Position numbers and translations under genes: made by a program. Below, one piece after another: positions 25,581-39,345 of a stretch of DNA of 64,000 nucleotides. The notes beneath the pieces are model-generated. The model was not told the DNA's origin. It worked only from the letters and a program-made list of their open reading frames with translations, and did no database searches. The stretch's first letter is position 1, and each line of letters begins with the position of its first letter. The stretch covers positions 32,178,001 through 32,242,000 of the forward strand of contig NC_135808.1 of the NCBI RefSeq assembly GCF_964213995.1, given 5' to 3'. The stretch comes from Mustelus asterias (taxonomy: Eukaryota).

Positions 25581-27437
25581 AGCCACGGTGCCCTGGTCAG
25601 TTTGCCCACCCACCTTGCAGCCCACACTTTCTTTCATGCAATCTGCAAAAACCTGGACCCTGCTGGATAATTGCAAAGGCTGAGACTCCTCCACCTCTAC
25701 TCCTTAGTGCCCAGACCTGCCTCACTAGCAGCTGCACCCTCCCCTCCCTCGCCATGAACTGGATTAGACACCTGGCAGAAGGTGTCCTTTCCCCCCCTCC
25801 CTGATGTATTGCAGTTCCTCATCGCTCGATCTCCAGCTCAGTGATTCTGAGCCAAGGTTCCTCCAACTCCGGTGCTACAGACGTCCTTGAGTTGAATCTC
25901 ACAGGTGTCCGTGAGTTCCCACATTCTGCAGCTGCAACACAGCACCTGCCCGACCAACTTTGTAGAATTTGGTTGATCAATTGCTTTACTGGTATCAATT
26001 TTAACTAATATATCTTGTCCTAACTGTGCTTATATTCTTTTGTTTCAATAAATGCATCAAATTCCAACTGGGAGTGACTCACTAACAGCTCAAACTCAGT
26101 TGCATTCACAGATTCAGGGGAGGGAGATTCTCCCCCGAGGTTTGAGCCATGGAACTAAGTGACCCAAAATAGCACAAAACTGGCAATGCCAGTCCTGTGG
26201 GTGACTTGGCTCAGTCAGTGGCACTCTTGGTCTTTGAAGCAGACTCTGACGCCCAGAATCCCTGGCGTGGTGCCAGTCTCTGGCGCATTAGAGTCGGGAA
26301 GAGGGGGAGCTGGAATTCATCCTCAAATCAGTCACAGGCTGGCGAGAGGGGCAATAGAAATGCAAATTCTTCCTTACAGCGACCTGCTTCACTGGACATT
26401 CCTCTCAGCCTGACAGTGAAAGTAGCATCGCAGGAAATCTCAGAGGCTGCTACCTTAGTGTCACCACCTCCCACACTTTTATATTGATTTTTTCAATTGG
26501 TATCCATTCATCAGCCATGGTTTTATTCAATGGTGGAGCAGCCTCGATGGGCTGAATGGCCCACTCCTGCTCCTACATTCATATCTTCCCATTTTCTTGT
26601 TTTCCCTTATCACTTGCTTCCATGTCATATCCTCCCTGTCCTAGAATGCATCATCCCCCAGCTCTGTACCCTGATAGTTCACACTTGCAGGGGGCTATTT
26701 GGGGGGGGGTACAGTACCAGCACTGACTGAACCATGAGCTCAACGAACCCTCATGGTGCCTGTATCCTGCACATCAGCACAGGTAGACGTGCTCACCTGC
26801 CCTGGTGTTGCTGGTTAGCTGTGGCAGCCACTTTGTCCAGCGGGAGGGTGAGGGAAATGTGATCCGTGAACATGGGGCACAATGTGTTTGAGGGATGGAC
26901 CTCCTGCAGTTGAACAGCTGGCAGCACGTGCCAACCATGAGGCAGGAGATCAGATGCACACATGGCAGAGAAACGGAGCACAGCACAGGAACATCAATCT
27001 CTAGCCAGGAACCAAGATGTGGCAAAACAAAACTGATAAACTAGTAATACAGAGTCACATAGGATTACAGAATCCCTACAGTGCAGAAAGAGGCCATTCA
27101 GCCCATCAACCCTGCACTGACAGCAATCCCACCCAGGCCCTATCCCCATAACCCTAAGTATTTATCCTGCTCGTCTCCCTGACACTCAGGGGCAATTTAG
27201 CGTGGCCAATCAACTTAACCCGCACATCTTTGGACATGGAATTGACAGTTAAGTGCAGAGCTCGATGGAAGATCACTGGTCTGAAATATTCACTCTATCC
27301 CACTTGCCACGCATGCTGCAGCATTTTCTAATGTCCAGCCTCTGCAGTGTTTTGCTTTTACAATGCAGATATAAATATAATCGGGAGATAAGCAATGCTG
27401 GAATTAGATTTGAGCCTGCCTTGTGAGGAACTGGTGA

Positions 27438-28232
27438 GAAGTTTAACAACACCAGGTTAAAGTCCAACAGGTTTATTTGGTAGCAAAAGCCACACAAGCT
27501 TTCGGGGCTCTAAGCCCCTTCTTCAGGTGAGTGGGAATTCTGTTCACAAACAGAGCTTATAAAGACACAAACTCAATTTACATGAATAATGGTTGGAATG
27601 CGAATACTTACAACTAATCAAGTCTTTAAGAAACAAAACAATGTGAGGTGCTGCGACAAAGGATGAATGAACACCGCTCGACAATCACCAGGCAAGACTG
27701 TTCTCTTCCTGTTGGGGAGCACTTCAGCGGTCACGGGCATTCGGCCTCTGATATTCGGGTAAGCGTTCTCCAAGGCGGCCTTCGTGACACACGACAGCGC
27801 AGAGTCGCTGAGCAGAAACTGATAGCCAAGTTCCGCACACACGAGGACGGCCTCAACCGGGATATTGGGTTCATGTCACACTATTTGTAACCCCCACAGT
27901 TGCGTGGACCTGCAGAGTTTCACTGGCTGTCTTGTCTGGAGACAATACACATCTTTTTAGCCTGTCTTGATGCTCTCTTCACTCACATTGTTTTGTTTCT
28001 TAAAGACTTGATTAGTTGTAAGTATTCGCATTCCAACCATTATTCATGTAAATTGAGTCTGTGTCTTTATAAGCTCTGTTTGTGAACAGAATTCCCACTC
28101 ACCTGAAGAAGGGGCTTAGAGCTCCGAAAGCTTGTGTGGCTTTTGCTACCAAATAAACCTGTTGGACTTTAACCTGGTGTTGTTAAACTTCTTACTGTGT
28201 TTACCCCAGTCCAACGCCGGCATCTCCACATC
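27438..28232. mobile_element. Fold-back Penelope-like element remnant
   Basis: GIY-YIG C-terminal ORF 27648-27890, inverted pLTR arms, TSD aggaactggtga/aggaactggcga. Confidence 0.8.
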
Positions 28233-30731
28233 AGGAACTGGCGATGCAGGGGTATCGTCACTGGACTAGTAATCCAGAGACCTGGGGTAATGCTCTGGGG
28301 ACCAAGGTTCGAATCCCACCATGGCAAATGCTGGAATTTGAATTCAATAAAAATTGCTGTGAAAAATCTAATGATGTCGATTCTTGTAAAAACTATCTGG
28401 TTCACAAATGTCCTTTCTGGAAGGAAATCTGCTGTCCTGACCCTGTCTGGCCTATATGTGATTACAGGCCCACAGCAATGTGGCCTCGCAAGCCAATCAG
28501 TTCAAGGACTATTGGGGCTGGGTCAGTGACTCCCACAACCCACACAATAATAAAATGCAGTCGTTATTCGCGGCAGAGGAGGTGGAAGACAGGAGGAGGT
28601 TGGAGGGAAAGGGCTGGATTTGCAAGAGTTACGATCCACATGAAAGCAACACAACTGCCTCGAAGATCTCGGTGATAGCGGTAAAAGTGATGCTTGTTGA
28701 CGAGGCACAATAAATAAATGGTCAAGGGCCCCCATCGCAAACCATTTACAGTTTTAAAGTTTTGTTACCTCGCTCGCCGGTTTCAAGATGATGTGTTGCT
28801 GGAGTTCGCTCCCCCCCGATTGAGGAAGTTCCGACAGCATCACCATGGCTGTGTGATGAGGTCACCGCGTCCGGTTTGAAACAGCGCAGGAAATCCAGAC
28901 GGTTTGTACTTGCAGTCACTGCCAGCCACTCGAGGGTGACCCTTTCTGAACACTTCATCGAGGTATTTGGTGACAGGTGAATGAGAGCAATTCAGACAGA
29001 ATGATAGAGAAGGAGGTCGTTCGGCCCATCGAGCCTGAACTGACAACAATCGCACCCAGGTCCTATCTCCTTAACCCTCACATATTTACCCTGTTTGTCT
29101 CCCTGACACTGAGGGGCAATTTAGCATGGCCAATTAACCTAACGTGCACATCATTGGACTGTGGGAGGAAACTGGAGCACCTGGAGGAAACCCAGGCAGA
29201 CACAGGGATAATGTGCAGCCTCCACACAGAGTGCCGAATTGAAGCCTGGCGCTGTGAGGCAGCAGTGCCAACCACTGTGCCACCATGCCGACAGCAGGAT
29301 ATGTGATCATGAGGAGAACACCCTCATACTCCAGGGTCAGGAATCACTCTGTCTCCTTCCTGGACAGCAACTGTTCATGATCATTCTCTTCACACCTCCC
29401 CCAGACACATCTCTTTTCATCTTGTCTCATTACCATCTTTTTCTTCTCGTATCGTCATCCCTTTTGTCATTTAATCGCTCCCGCATTCGACCCCATCAGC
29501 CACCTTCCGCCATGTAGTCTCCCCTCTCCCCCATTGACATTGAACACCCAGTAATGTGATGACTCCTCTCCTGCTCTAATTCGAACGGAATAGATTTTGT
29601 CTTGTCCCCCTCAAATACACCAGCCCTTTTAACAGCTTTCTTTAATCAAACTGTCAACTTTTACTCCTTCCCTCATTTCCTGACGAGCTTGTAGTCGGGA
29701 ATTTTAGATTCCCGTTCCTCCCTGTGTGTGTCCGGCTCTCTCTTGTTGCCACTAAATTCCAGGTGGTGATCTGTAGCTGCAGCTCAACAACCCTATTTAG
29801 CAATGCTGAGTGCATTTACCCAGGTGTGCTCAGACTCCGGGAGGAGGCCTTGTGGTGTAGCGCTCGTGTCCCTCCCTCCGGAACAGAAGCTGCAGATTCA
29901 AATTCAACATCGGGACTCATTGGCCATGGAAGCTCAACAGGCTGACAGCTCGGGAATCTTTCCACCACTTTCCCCAAAGGGTGAATAAAAACAGCATGGG
30001 TGTGAAGATAAGGGATTCGATGGTTATGGGGATAAGGCGGGAAAGTGGAGTTGAGGATTAACGAATCAGTTCAGTGCTGATCTCATTGGCTGGCAGAGCA
30101 GGTTCGATGGACCGAGTGGCCTATTTCTGCTCCTGCATTTTATGATCTTATACGCTTAAGAAGCACCTTGAAACCCATGCATTTCATCACCCCATTTCTC
30201 TATCTCCATCTCCCCTGCTCCCACTATCCCTTCCTATTTTGGATGTATTCTTCACTCTCGTGCTGTCTGTCTCTCTCTGTCCTCCGTGTCCCTTCTTTCG
30301 CCTCTCCAATGCTTCATCCTGTTTCACTACCCCCGAAACCTCCAATGTGCCAAATTAGCTTAAACTCTCTGATTAGAAGCTGGGGGGGGGGAGGGTGAGG
30401 GGTGGGGGGACACACCAGAGCAGTGGAGAAGGATAGTGTTGGCACTGTTTCCAGTTCTATGCCTGTTATGCCTTTGGAACAGATTCAGATTAACTTTATT
30501 GCTTTATATGTCGTGGCTGGGCAGTGTGGGGTGTGCCCAGTAATCTGGAGGCACACTGAGGTGGAGGAGGAGGTAGACTGTGAGGGAACCTCCTCGATAT
30601 ATAATGGGACCCAGGGAAGGGAAATTCAAACTATACGGGGACATCTGGATATTGTATGGGACAAGCAACATAGATACTTCAGGGGAGAGGGAGGCAGACT
30701 GCGAGGGCTGCCAGGGTTATATTATGGGACC

Positions 30732-31043
30732 CCACACACACACACATGGACGCATGCACTCACACGCACACATACATGCGCGCACATACACCACATACGC
30801 ACATGCATGTGCTCACGCGCACACACACACACGATGTGCACACATACATACACACATGCACGCACACACACGCATACGCACATGCACCACACACGCACAT
30901 ACACATACACACATGCATGTGCTCACGCGCACACACACACGCGATGTGCACACATACATACACACATGCACGCACGCACACACACGCATGCACACACGCA
31001 CACACATACATACGATGCACACACATGCGGACACACGCACACA
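30732..31043. repeat. Compound (CA)/(CG)/(TA) microsatellite with a higher-order duplication
   Basis: Direct inspection. Confidence 0.9.
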
Positions 31044-31434
31044 TGGAACGAGAGGTTTATTAAGGTTTTTGCTGGCATGTTAACAGAAGGGTAGTTAAAG
31101 AGGAACCAGTAGATGTAGTATACTTGGATTTTCAAAAGTTTAATCAGCAAGATAAGGTGCTGTGGGGTGGTGGTGATATAACAGATATAATAGTGTGGAT
31201 AGGGAATTGTGTACTGGGCGGGAAGCACGGAATCGGGATAAACAGGGCATTTTCAAGTTGGCAGGCTTTGACGACTGGAAGGTCACAAGGATCATTGCTG
31301 GGACCTTGACTATTTACAATCTTTACTCATAAATTAGATGAAAAGGCAGAGAGTAAGCTATCGAAATCTTCTGAAAATACAAAACGAGGTGGGAATGTGA
31401 GCTGTGAGGTGGAATAAAGAGGCTGCAAAGCAAT

Positions 31435-31595
31435 ATGGTCAGAATCTCTGGCTTTTCAAGCTGGGGGGATTCTTTGGTCCCACTTGTAGCGCACTCACAC
31501 GGGTTTCCCAGGAGCATGGGATGGGACCAGCGAATCCCACTGCCAGCAAACTGCGGGTCGCCTCCCACTGCCGAGAGGTCAGAGAATTTGTCCAT
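31435..31595. mobile_element. About 160-bp MITE-like element in a CR1 fragment
   Basis: Imperfect 18-bp terminal inverted repeats atggtcagaatctctggc / gtcagagaatttgtccat, plus an inner inverted repeat. Confidence 0.55.
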
Positions 31596-32399
31596 GGACA
31601 GGCCACATGAATGGGTAATAACATGGCATCTGGAATATAATCTGGGGAAGCGTGAGGTTATTCACTTTGGTGGTAATAATAGGAAAGCAAACTTTTTTTT
31701 CTGAAGCACATGAAGCCTGTAAATGCTGGAGTTCAGGGTGCACTTACATAACGAACACACACAGTTAGCAAGCAGTTAGGAAGGCAAATGACATGTTGGC
31801 CTTCGGGGGGATTGGGGAGCTCTGCCATTCAAACTGTGGATCACGACCCCCACTGAGGTTGCAAGATGAGATTCCGGGGTCGCGAGCGCTGAGGCGGCAA
31901 TGGCTGCCATGGAGCACGAAATGACTGCTAACTCTTGTGTTTTATTTTCCACAGGATGACAGGTGTTGATTCCTGCTGCAAAAGAAGGCTGTGCAAGGGG
32001 AGGGTTTGAAAAAATGCCTGCTGGTTAAACGTCTCATTACCCTCCTTCCTGACAGTGCTGTGGTTAGCACTGCTGCCTCACAGTGCCAGGGACCCGGGTT
32101 CAATTCCTGGCTTCGGTCACTGTCTATGTGGAGTTTGCACATTCTCGCTGAGTCTGCGTGGGTTTCTGCTGGCTTCTCCGGTTTCCTCCCGCAGTCCAAA
32201 GATGTGCGGATTAGGTGGATTGGCCACGCTAAATTACCCCTTATTGTCAGGGAGACTAGCTAGGGTAGATGCATGGGATTGTGGGGTTGGGGTCTGGGTG
32301 GGTACGTGGTTGGTGCAGACTTGATGGGCCGAATGGTCTCCTTCTGCACTATAGGATTCTATGATTCTATGAAGTAGTGTAGATGCAGATGCAGTGTGT

Positions 32400-34280
32400 A
32401 GGTGCAGAGGTTGTGGGAAGGGTTTTAAATGAATATTTTGTCTCCGTGTTTAGAAAGGAAAGGGATGATGCAGATATGGTAGTCCAGGAGGAACACTGAG
32501 ATCTTGGACAGGATAATCATAAACAGAGAGGAAATACTCAAAGGGTTTGATTCCTTGAAAGTTGATAAGCCACCAGGGCCTGTTTCTGAGGCTGCTGAAG
32601 GAGGTCAGGGAGGAAATAGCAAATGCTCAGAGGATGATTTTCCAATCCTCACCAGACACAGGGGAGGTACCTGAAGATTAGAGAAATGCAAACGTAGTTC
32701 CATTGTTTAAAAAGGGATGGAAGGAAATGCCAAACTATAGTCCAGTTCGTCTTACATCGGTGGTGGGCAAATTAGTAGAATCAATCCTGAGAGATAGGAT
32801 TAACTGTTACATAGAAAGGCATGGACCAGTCAGGGAAGGTCAGCATGGCTTTGTTAAAAGGTCTTGCCTCACAAATTTGATTCAATTCTTTCAGGAAGTG
32901 ACAAAAAGGGTTGATGGAGGTTGTGTATACGTGGATTTTAGCAAGGCACTTGACTAGGTCCCACACGGCAGACGGATCAAAAAGGAATACAAGGTAATGT
33001 GATAAACTGACTGCAAGGCTGACTTAGTAACAGGAAACAAAGGGTAATGGTCAATGGATGCCCTTGGGAATGGAAAATTGTGTCAAGTGATGTTCAACGA
33101 GGTTCGGCATTGCCACACTTGCTGTTTGTTATATATTAACAATTTGGACATGAACATGGAGGCACAATTGGGAAATTTACAGACAACACAAAGATTGGCC
33201 AAGTAATGGATAGTGTAAAGATTGCAATGATCTTCAAAATGATATCGATGGGTTGGTGGAGTGGGCGGTTAAGTGGAAGATGAATTTTAACATAGAGAAG
33301 TGTGAGGTAATGCATTTAGGGAGGTCGAACAGTTATCGGGAATACACAATAAATGGGAATATACTAAGAAAGGTAGATGAAGTAAGAAATCATGGTGTAC
33401 AAGTACGCAGGTCCCTGAAGGCAACAGCTCAAATAGACAAGGTTGTAAAGAAGGTAATGGAATGCTCTCCTTCATTACCAGAAGTATAGAACATAAAAGT
33501 AAGGATATAATGTTGGAATTGTAGAAAACACAACTGGAGTATTGTGCGCAGTTCTGGTCACCATATTACAGGAAGGACATAATTGCTCGGGAGAAAATGC
33601 AGAGGAGGTTTACAAGAATGTTGCAAGGGCTTGAAAAGTGGAGCTATGAGGAGAGATTGGATAGGTTGGGGTTATTTTCCTTGGAACAAAGAAGGCTGAG
33701 GGGTGACCTGATAGAGGTGTTCAAAACTATGAGGGGAAGAGATAGAGTGGGCAGGATAAAATTGTTTCCCTTGGTGGAGAATTCTAGAACCAGGGGACAT
33801 AGATTCGAGATCAGTGATCAGTGTAGGGGACATACAAAGAACAAAGAACAAAGCACTTGAACAGGCCCTTCCATCCTCCAAGCCTGCACTGACCATGCTG
33901 TCCGTCTGAATTAAAACCCGTTACCCTTCCAGGGACCATATCCCTCTATTCCCATCCTTTTCATGTATTTGTCCAGACGCCCCTTAAAAGTCACTATCAT
34001 ATCCACTTCAACTACCTCCCCCAGCAGCGAGTTCCAGGCACCCACCACCCTTTGGGTAAAAAACCTTTTGTTATGCAAAGGGTGATGGGTATGTTGAATT
34101 TGCTGTCCAAGTTGGTGGGAGAGGCAAGAGACCTAAACTCTTAAAAAAAGTTCTGTAAGCTACAGGGCTATGGGCTGGGTGCAGGAAGGTGGGATTAGAA
34201 AGGGCACCTGGGTATCTTGGGCTGGCATGGACAGGTTGGGCGGAAGGGCCTCCTTCTGTGCTGTAACTTTCCTATGGTTC
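32400..34280 (+). mobile_element. Decayed CR1 LINE with an antisense CR1 3' end nested at about 33830-34065
   Basis: NYSPVRLTSVVGK, QHGF, DFSKA and RGDLIE motifs with stops and frameshifts. Confidence 0.8.
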
Positions 34281-35019
34281 TGCTGCAGATGCTGGAAACT
34301 GAAACAATAAGAGAAAATCTCAGCAAGTCTGACAGCATCTGTGGAGAGAGAACAGAGCCAACGTTTTGAGTCTGGATGACTCTTCCTCAGAGCTGAAGAC
34401 AATGGGAAATGGGATGAGGTTTACACAGCTGTGGGGAAGAGAGAGGGTTTGGGAGCCGGAAGGCCTGGATAGGGGGCCAACAATTGATGGAGGCAATGGA
34501 GAGATTGACAAATATCTCATGGACAAAACGACAAAGAGAATGTAAATGGCAGTGATCATGGCGAGGAAGGGTGCTGATAGCGGCACATTAAGAGATCAGA
34601 ACGTGTTAATGGTACAAAGGTAAGTGGCGTGTCAAAGGCCACCTGAAACAGGATGGTCCTGGTGTGGTAGGGTGGGGGGGAGGGGAGACCGTGGTAAAGG
34701 AAGAAAGGTAGAAGGTGGGATGTGAAGGGAGAATGGAAAAACAAATCAATGGAAGAAATTCAAATAAATGGATAGAAATAAAAATGGGATGACGGTGGAG
34801 GAGAGAGTCTGCAGTCTGAATTTGTTGAACTCAATGTTAAGATCGAGAGGCCTGTTCTGATCCCCTCAATCTCAGATTTCACATAAAGAACATTCCCTGG
34901 AGTAGGGTCTCCGATGCTGCAGGTCCAGTGATCTGTACCCAGTAACAAGCAGCACCTTCAGGAGAGGGAAGGTGAGGGCAGGTAACTGTACAGAGAGTGG
35001 ACACCAAGCTGGGGAGTTT

Positions 35020-35210
35020 CATAGAACATAGAACAGTACAGCACAGTACAGCCCTCGGTGTTGTGCCGAGCTTTATCCAAAACCACGATCAAGCTATCCC
35101 ACTCCCTATCATTCTGGTGTGCTCCATGTGCCGATCCAATAACCATTTGAAAGTTCCTAAAGTGTCCGACTCCACTATCACAGCAGGCAGACCATTCCGC
35201 ACCCCAACCA
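35020..35210 (-). mobile_element. Short CR1 3'-end insertion about 7 nt after the TRIM-C exon 5 donor
   Basis: TTCTATG tail; the flanks rejoin the sequence seen in TRIM-B intron 5 (GTAAGAAACTCCCC). Confidence 0.7.
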
Positions 35211-35218
35211 CTTCTTAC

Positions 35219-35403
35219 CTGGAAAGATGATCTGTTGCATTTCCTTCCACACTGGGTAGAGTAATGGGCCTTGAAACCTTGTGTATTTCTGTCCTGCAGA
35301 CACCAGATCATCATTTTCTTCATCTTCATCCAGCTCTTCACTTTGACTGTTACCTTCTTCACCTCTCTCTGCATCTTCCTCATCCTCCCCTTTATCCAGG
35401 TAG
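35219..35403 (-). pseudogene. TRIM-C exon 5 (acidic linker, open frame)
   Basis: YLDKGEDEEDAERGEEGNSQSEELDEDEENDDLVSAGQKYTRFQGPLLYPVWKEMQQIIFP with intact splice sites. Exons 2, 3 and B30.2 of this copy were not found. Confidence 0.8.
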
Positions 35404-35495
35404 CTGTGTGAATGGGATTGATTTAATCACTCTCTGCTGGATACAGACTGTGATCACAGTGTAAAACCCTGTGTGAGTTTGGATTAGATACTCAC

Positions 35496-35518
35496 CTTTC
35501 TTTCAATCTTTTCAGTTC
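35496..35518 (-). pseudogene. TRIM-C exon 4 (23 nt)
   Basis: cacag|GAACTGAAAAGATTGAAAGAAAG|gtgagt; near-identical to TRIM-B exon 4 including flanking intron. Confidence 0.8.
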
Positions 35519-35765
35519 CTGTGGGTCAGAGAATCAGAAACATTTTAATGAATACACACGCTGCTGTTTAGATTGTAATTTTCAATGATGTAGAATCAGT
35601 GATTTTAGTTAAATGTGAAGGGATCTGGGTGGAGTTTTCACTGACACATTCCACTGATCTGATACCACACCAGTTATTAACCCCCCTTCCAACCTGCCTT
35701 CCTCACCATCTACACTTGACATGCTGCCCTCTGCTGCTGAGGACTTTGAAAATCCAGTGGTACAT

Positions 35766-36035
35766 CCCAACATGTCACTGCTCTCAGCCCCAGCACCCAC
35801 GGGACTGAACCCCAACATGTCACTGTTCTCAGCCCCAGCACCCATGGGACTGAACCCCAACATGTCACTGCTCTCAGCCCCAGCACCCACAGGACTGAAC
35901 CCCAACATGTCACTGCTCTCAGCCCCAGCACCCATGGGACTGAACCCCAACATGTTACTGCTCCCAACACCAGCACCCATGGGACTGAACCCCAACTTGT
36001 CACTGCTCCCAGCACCAGCACCCGTGGGATCCAAT
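35766..36035. repeat. 45-bp minisatellite, about 6 copies
   Basis: Unit cccaacatgtcactgctctcagccccagcacccatgggactgaac. Confidence 0.9.
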
Positions 36036-36649
36036 CCTAACATATCGAATAAAACCAGGGGTGTAGGGAAGAAAGCTAAATTCAGGTGGAGCTGCTGCAA
36101 ATGTTTTCTCTTCACCCATCCCTCTGTACGCCCACCCGTCGCTCATCTCTCTCAGGGTTCGCTGTTTTCTTTCTCGAATGGAGGCCTAACCAGTCTCCAA
36201 CCTCCGTCACCCTCCTTCATCTTGCACAAGGTGTTCTCACATGGACTGATCTCTGCTACAAATTCATTCTCTTCGCCCAAATAAAAGCTCACGTAGGGAA
36301 CACTGCCTATGGCAGTCATTTTGTGGGATATGTGGATTATGCAATAAAAGAACAAAGTGTAGCACAGTGGTGAGCACCGCTGCCTCACAGCGCCAGGGAC
36401 CCGAGTTCGATTCCTGATTTGGGTCACTCACTGTGTGGAATTTGCACATTCTCCCTGTGTCTGTGTGGGTTTCCTCCGGGTGCTCCGGTTTCCTCCCACA
36501 GTCCAAAGATGTGCAGGTGAGGTGGATTGGCCATGCTAAGTTCCCGCTTAGTGTCAGGGGGACTAGCATGGTGTTATGGGGATAGGGCCGGGTGGGATTG
36601 CAGTCAGTGCAGACTCGATAGGCTTCCTTCTGCACTGTATGATTCTAGA

Positions 36650-38627
36650 CAATTCACTGAGGTGCGTAAAAATAACAGGGTAATTATACTAGGGGGATTT
36701 CAACTTAATCGGGATTCTCACGGTGTAAAAGGTTTAGACGGGATGGATTTCTTGAAATGTATTCAGGAGAGCTTTTTCTGTCAACATGTGGGGGATCCAA
36801 CAAGGGATGGCACAGTGCTGGACCCAACTCTGGGGAATGAAGCTGGGCAGATGTTCCAGGTGGCAGTGGGGGAGCATTTTCGTAATAGCAACCACAACAG
36901 AATACAATTTAAATTCTTTATGAAAAAGGAAATAGTTTGTCTGCAATCAGTTTTGGGTTGTGGGAAGGCAGATTTTAGTCAAATAAGGCAGGATCTGTCC
37001 AAAGTAGACTGGGAATAGCTTCTTGGGGGAAAATCTACAGCAGAGCAGTGGGGAGCGTTCAAAAAGGAAATAGGGAGTGTACAGGTTCAACGTGTTCCCA
37101 TCAGGGAGAAATGTAGGAGCAACAAGCCGAGAGAACTCTGGATGCCAAGGAGAATATTAAAGACTTGATAAGAAAAGAGAGGCAGAGATCTCGGCGAAGT
37201 ACAGAAAGTACTGCCGAAAGTGCAGGGTGGAGCTCAAGAAAGAAATTAGGAGAGCAAAAAGGGGCATAAAAAAGCACTGGCAAATAGGATGGGGGAGAAT
37301 CTCAATTCATTCTATGAGTATATTAAAGGATAAGAGGTAACCAGGGGAAGAAACACATTCGACACCAAGGGGGAAATCTCAGCATGGAGTTGGAAGATAT
37401 TGGTAGGCTGTTGAATGAATAATTCACAGCTGTCTTCACTTAGGAGAAGGAGGATGTAGGGACAGGATGCGGGGAGAGAGAGACTGAGAGATTCTTGAGC
37501 AAATTGACATAGGGAGTGAGTAGGTATTGGAGGTTTTGGCAGACTTAAAAGTGGACAAATCCCCAGGTCCAGATGAGTTGTATCCCAGGCTGCTGTGTGA
37601 GGCAAGGAAGGAGATTGCAGGGGCTCTGACCCAAATTTTTAATTCCTCTCTGGCCACAGGGATGGTGCCAGAGGATTGGAGGACGACTATTGCAAAGTTT
37701 CATCCTTCAAGACACGTTCTCGAGATGAACCAGGAAACTACAGTCTGTAATTCTGAAGGAGAGCATTTATCTTCGCTTGGAGAAGCAAAGCTTGATCAGG
37801 GATAGTCAGCATGGCTTCGTCAGCCGGAGGTTATGCCAAACAAATCTGATTGAAGTTTTTGAGGAGGTGACCAGGTGTGTAGATGAGGGCAGTGCAGTAG
37901 ATGTAATTTATATGGATTTCAGCAAAACCTCTGACAAGGTCCCACATGGGAGACTGGTAAAGAAAGTAAAAACACATGGGATCCAGGGTAACTTGAGAAA
38001 TAAGATCCAAAACTGGTTTAGTAGTAGGGGACTGATAGTGGTGGTTGAAGGTTGTTTGTGTGACTGGAGGCTGGTGTCCAGTGGCATACCACAAGACAAT
38101 AGGTCCCTTATTGTCTGTAATATAAATGATGTAGATGAGAATATGGGGAGATGATACAAAGATTGGCACAGTAGTTAACAGTGAGGAAGGTCTTAGGTTG
38201 CAGGAAGATATAGATGGGTTGCTCAGATGGAACTTATCCCTAAAAAGTGCGAGATGATGCACTTTGGAAGGAGTAACAAGACAAGGGAGTACTCAATGAA
38301 TGGCAGGAGCACTGAGGAAGAGCGGAATCTTGGGGTGCTTATTCACAGATCCCCGAAGGCCGCCGGACTGGTTAATAGCGGAGTCAAGAAGTCACACAGG
38401 GCACTTGCCTTTATCAGTCATGGCACAGATTATAAGAGCGAGGAGGTTATGTTTGGAGCTGTACAAAATTTTGTTTCCGCTACAACTAGTGTGCAGTTCT
38501 AGTCGCCTTACTTTCGGAAGGATGTGATTGCACTAGAGGGGGTACAGAGGAGATTCACCAGGATGTTGCCTGAGATGGAGCATTTGAGCTATAAGGAGAG
38601 ACTGGATAGGCTTGGATGTTTTCTATG
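36650..38627 (+). mobile_element. Decayed CR1 LINE
   Basis: KSPGPD, QHGF, YMDFSK motifs. Confidence 0.85.
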
Positions 38628-39345
38628 GTAAGAAGTCTCAACACCAGGTTAAAGACCAACAGGTTTATTTGGCAGCATTAGCTTTCGGAGTCTCAAGCTC
38701 CTTCATCAGGTGAGTGAGGACTTGTGTTCACAAACAGGGCATATAAAGACACAAACTCAATTTACAAAATAATGGTTGGAATGCGAGTCTTAAAGGTACA
38801 GACAATGTGAGTGGAGAGAGGGCCAAGCACAACTTAAAGAGGGTGTGTATTGTCTCCAGCCAGGACAGTTGGTGAGATTTTGCAAGCCCAGGCAAGTCGT
38901 GGGGGTTACAGATAGTGTGACATGAACCCAATATCCTGGTTGAGGTCATCCTCATGTGTGCGGAACTTGGCAATCAGTTTCTGCTCAGCGATTCTGCGTT
39001 GTCGTGTGTCGTGAAGGCTGCCTTGGAGAACGCTTACCCGAAAATCAGAGGCTGAATGCCCGTGACTGCTGAAGTGTTCCGCGACTGGAAGGGAACACTC
39101 CTGCCTGGTAATTGTCGAGCGGTGTTCATTCATCCGTTGTCGTAACGTCTGCATGGTCTCCCCAATGTACCATGCCTCGGGACATCCTTTCCTGCAGCGT
39201 ATCAGGTGGACAATGTTGGCCGAGTTGCAAGAGTATGTACCGTGTACCTGGTGGATGGTGTTCGCACGTGAGATGATGGCATCCATGTCGATGATCTCGC
39301 ACGTCTTGCAGAGGTTGCTGTGGCAGGGTTGTGTGGTGTCGTGGC
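38628..39345 (-). mobile_element. Penelope-like element 3' fragment (GIY-YIG + pLTR)
   Basis: ORF 38906-39286 with YIGETMQTLRQRMNEH and CxxC; pLTR with hammerhead motif. Confidence 0.85.

Noticed and set aside
30402-31094. His/Thr- and Cys/Val-rich ORFs
   Set aside because: Translations of CA microsatellite; the same applies to 45983-47429.
35766-36035. CRISPR-like periodicity
   Set aside because: No unique spacers; vertebrate minisatellite.
35609-36284. Repetitive 168-187 aa ORFs
   Set aside because: Products of the 45-bp minisatellite, with no splice or homology support.
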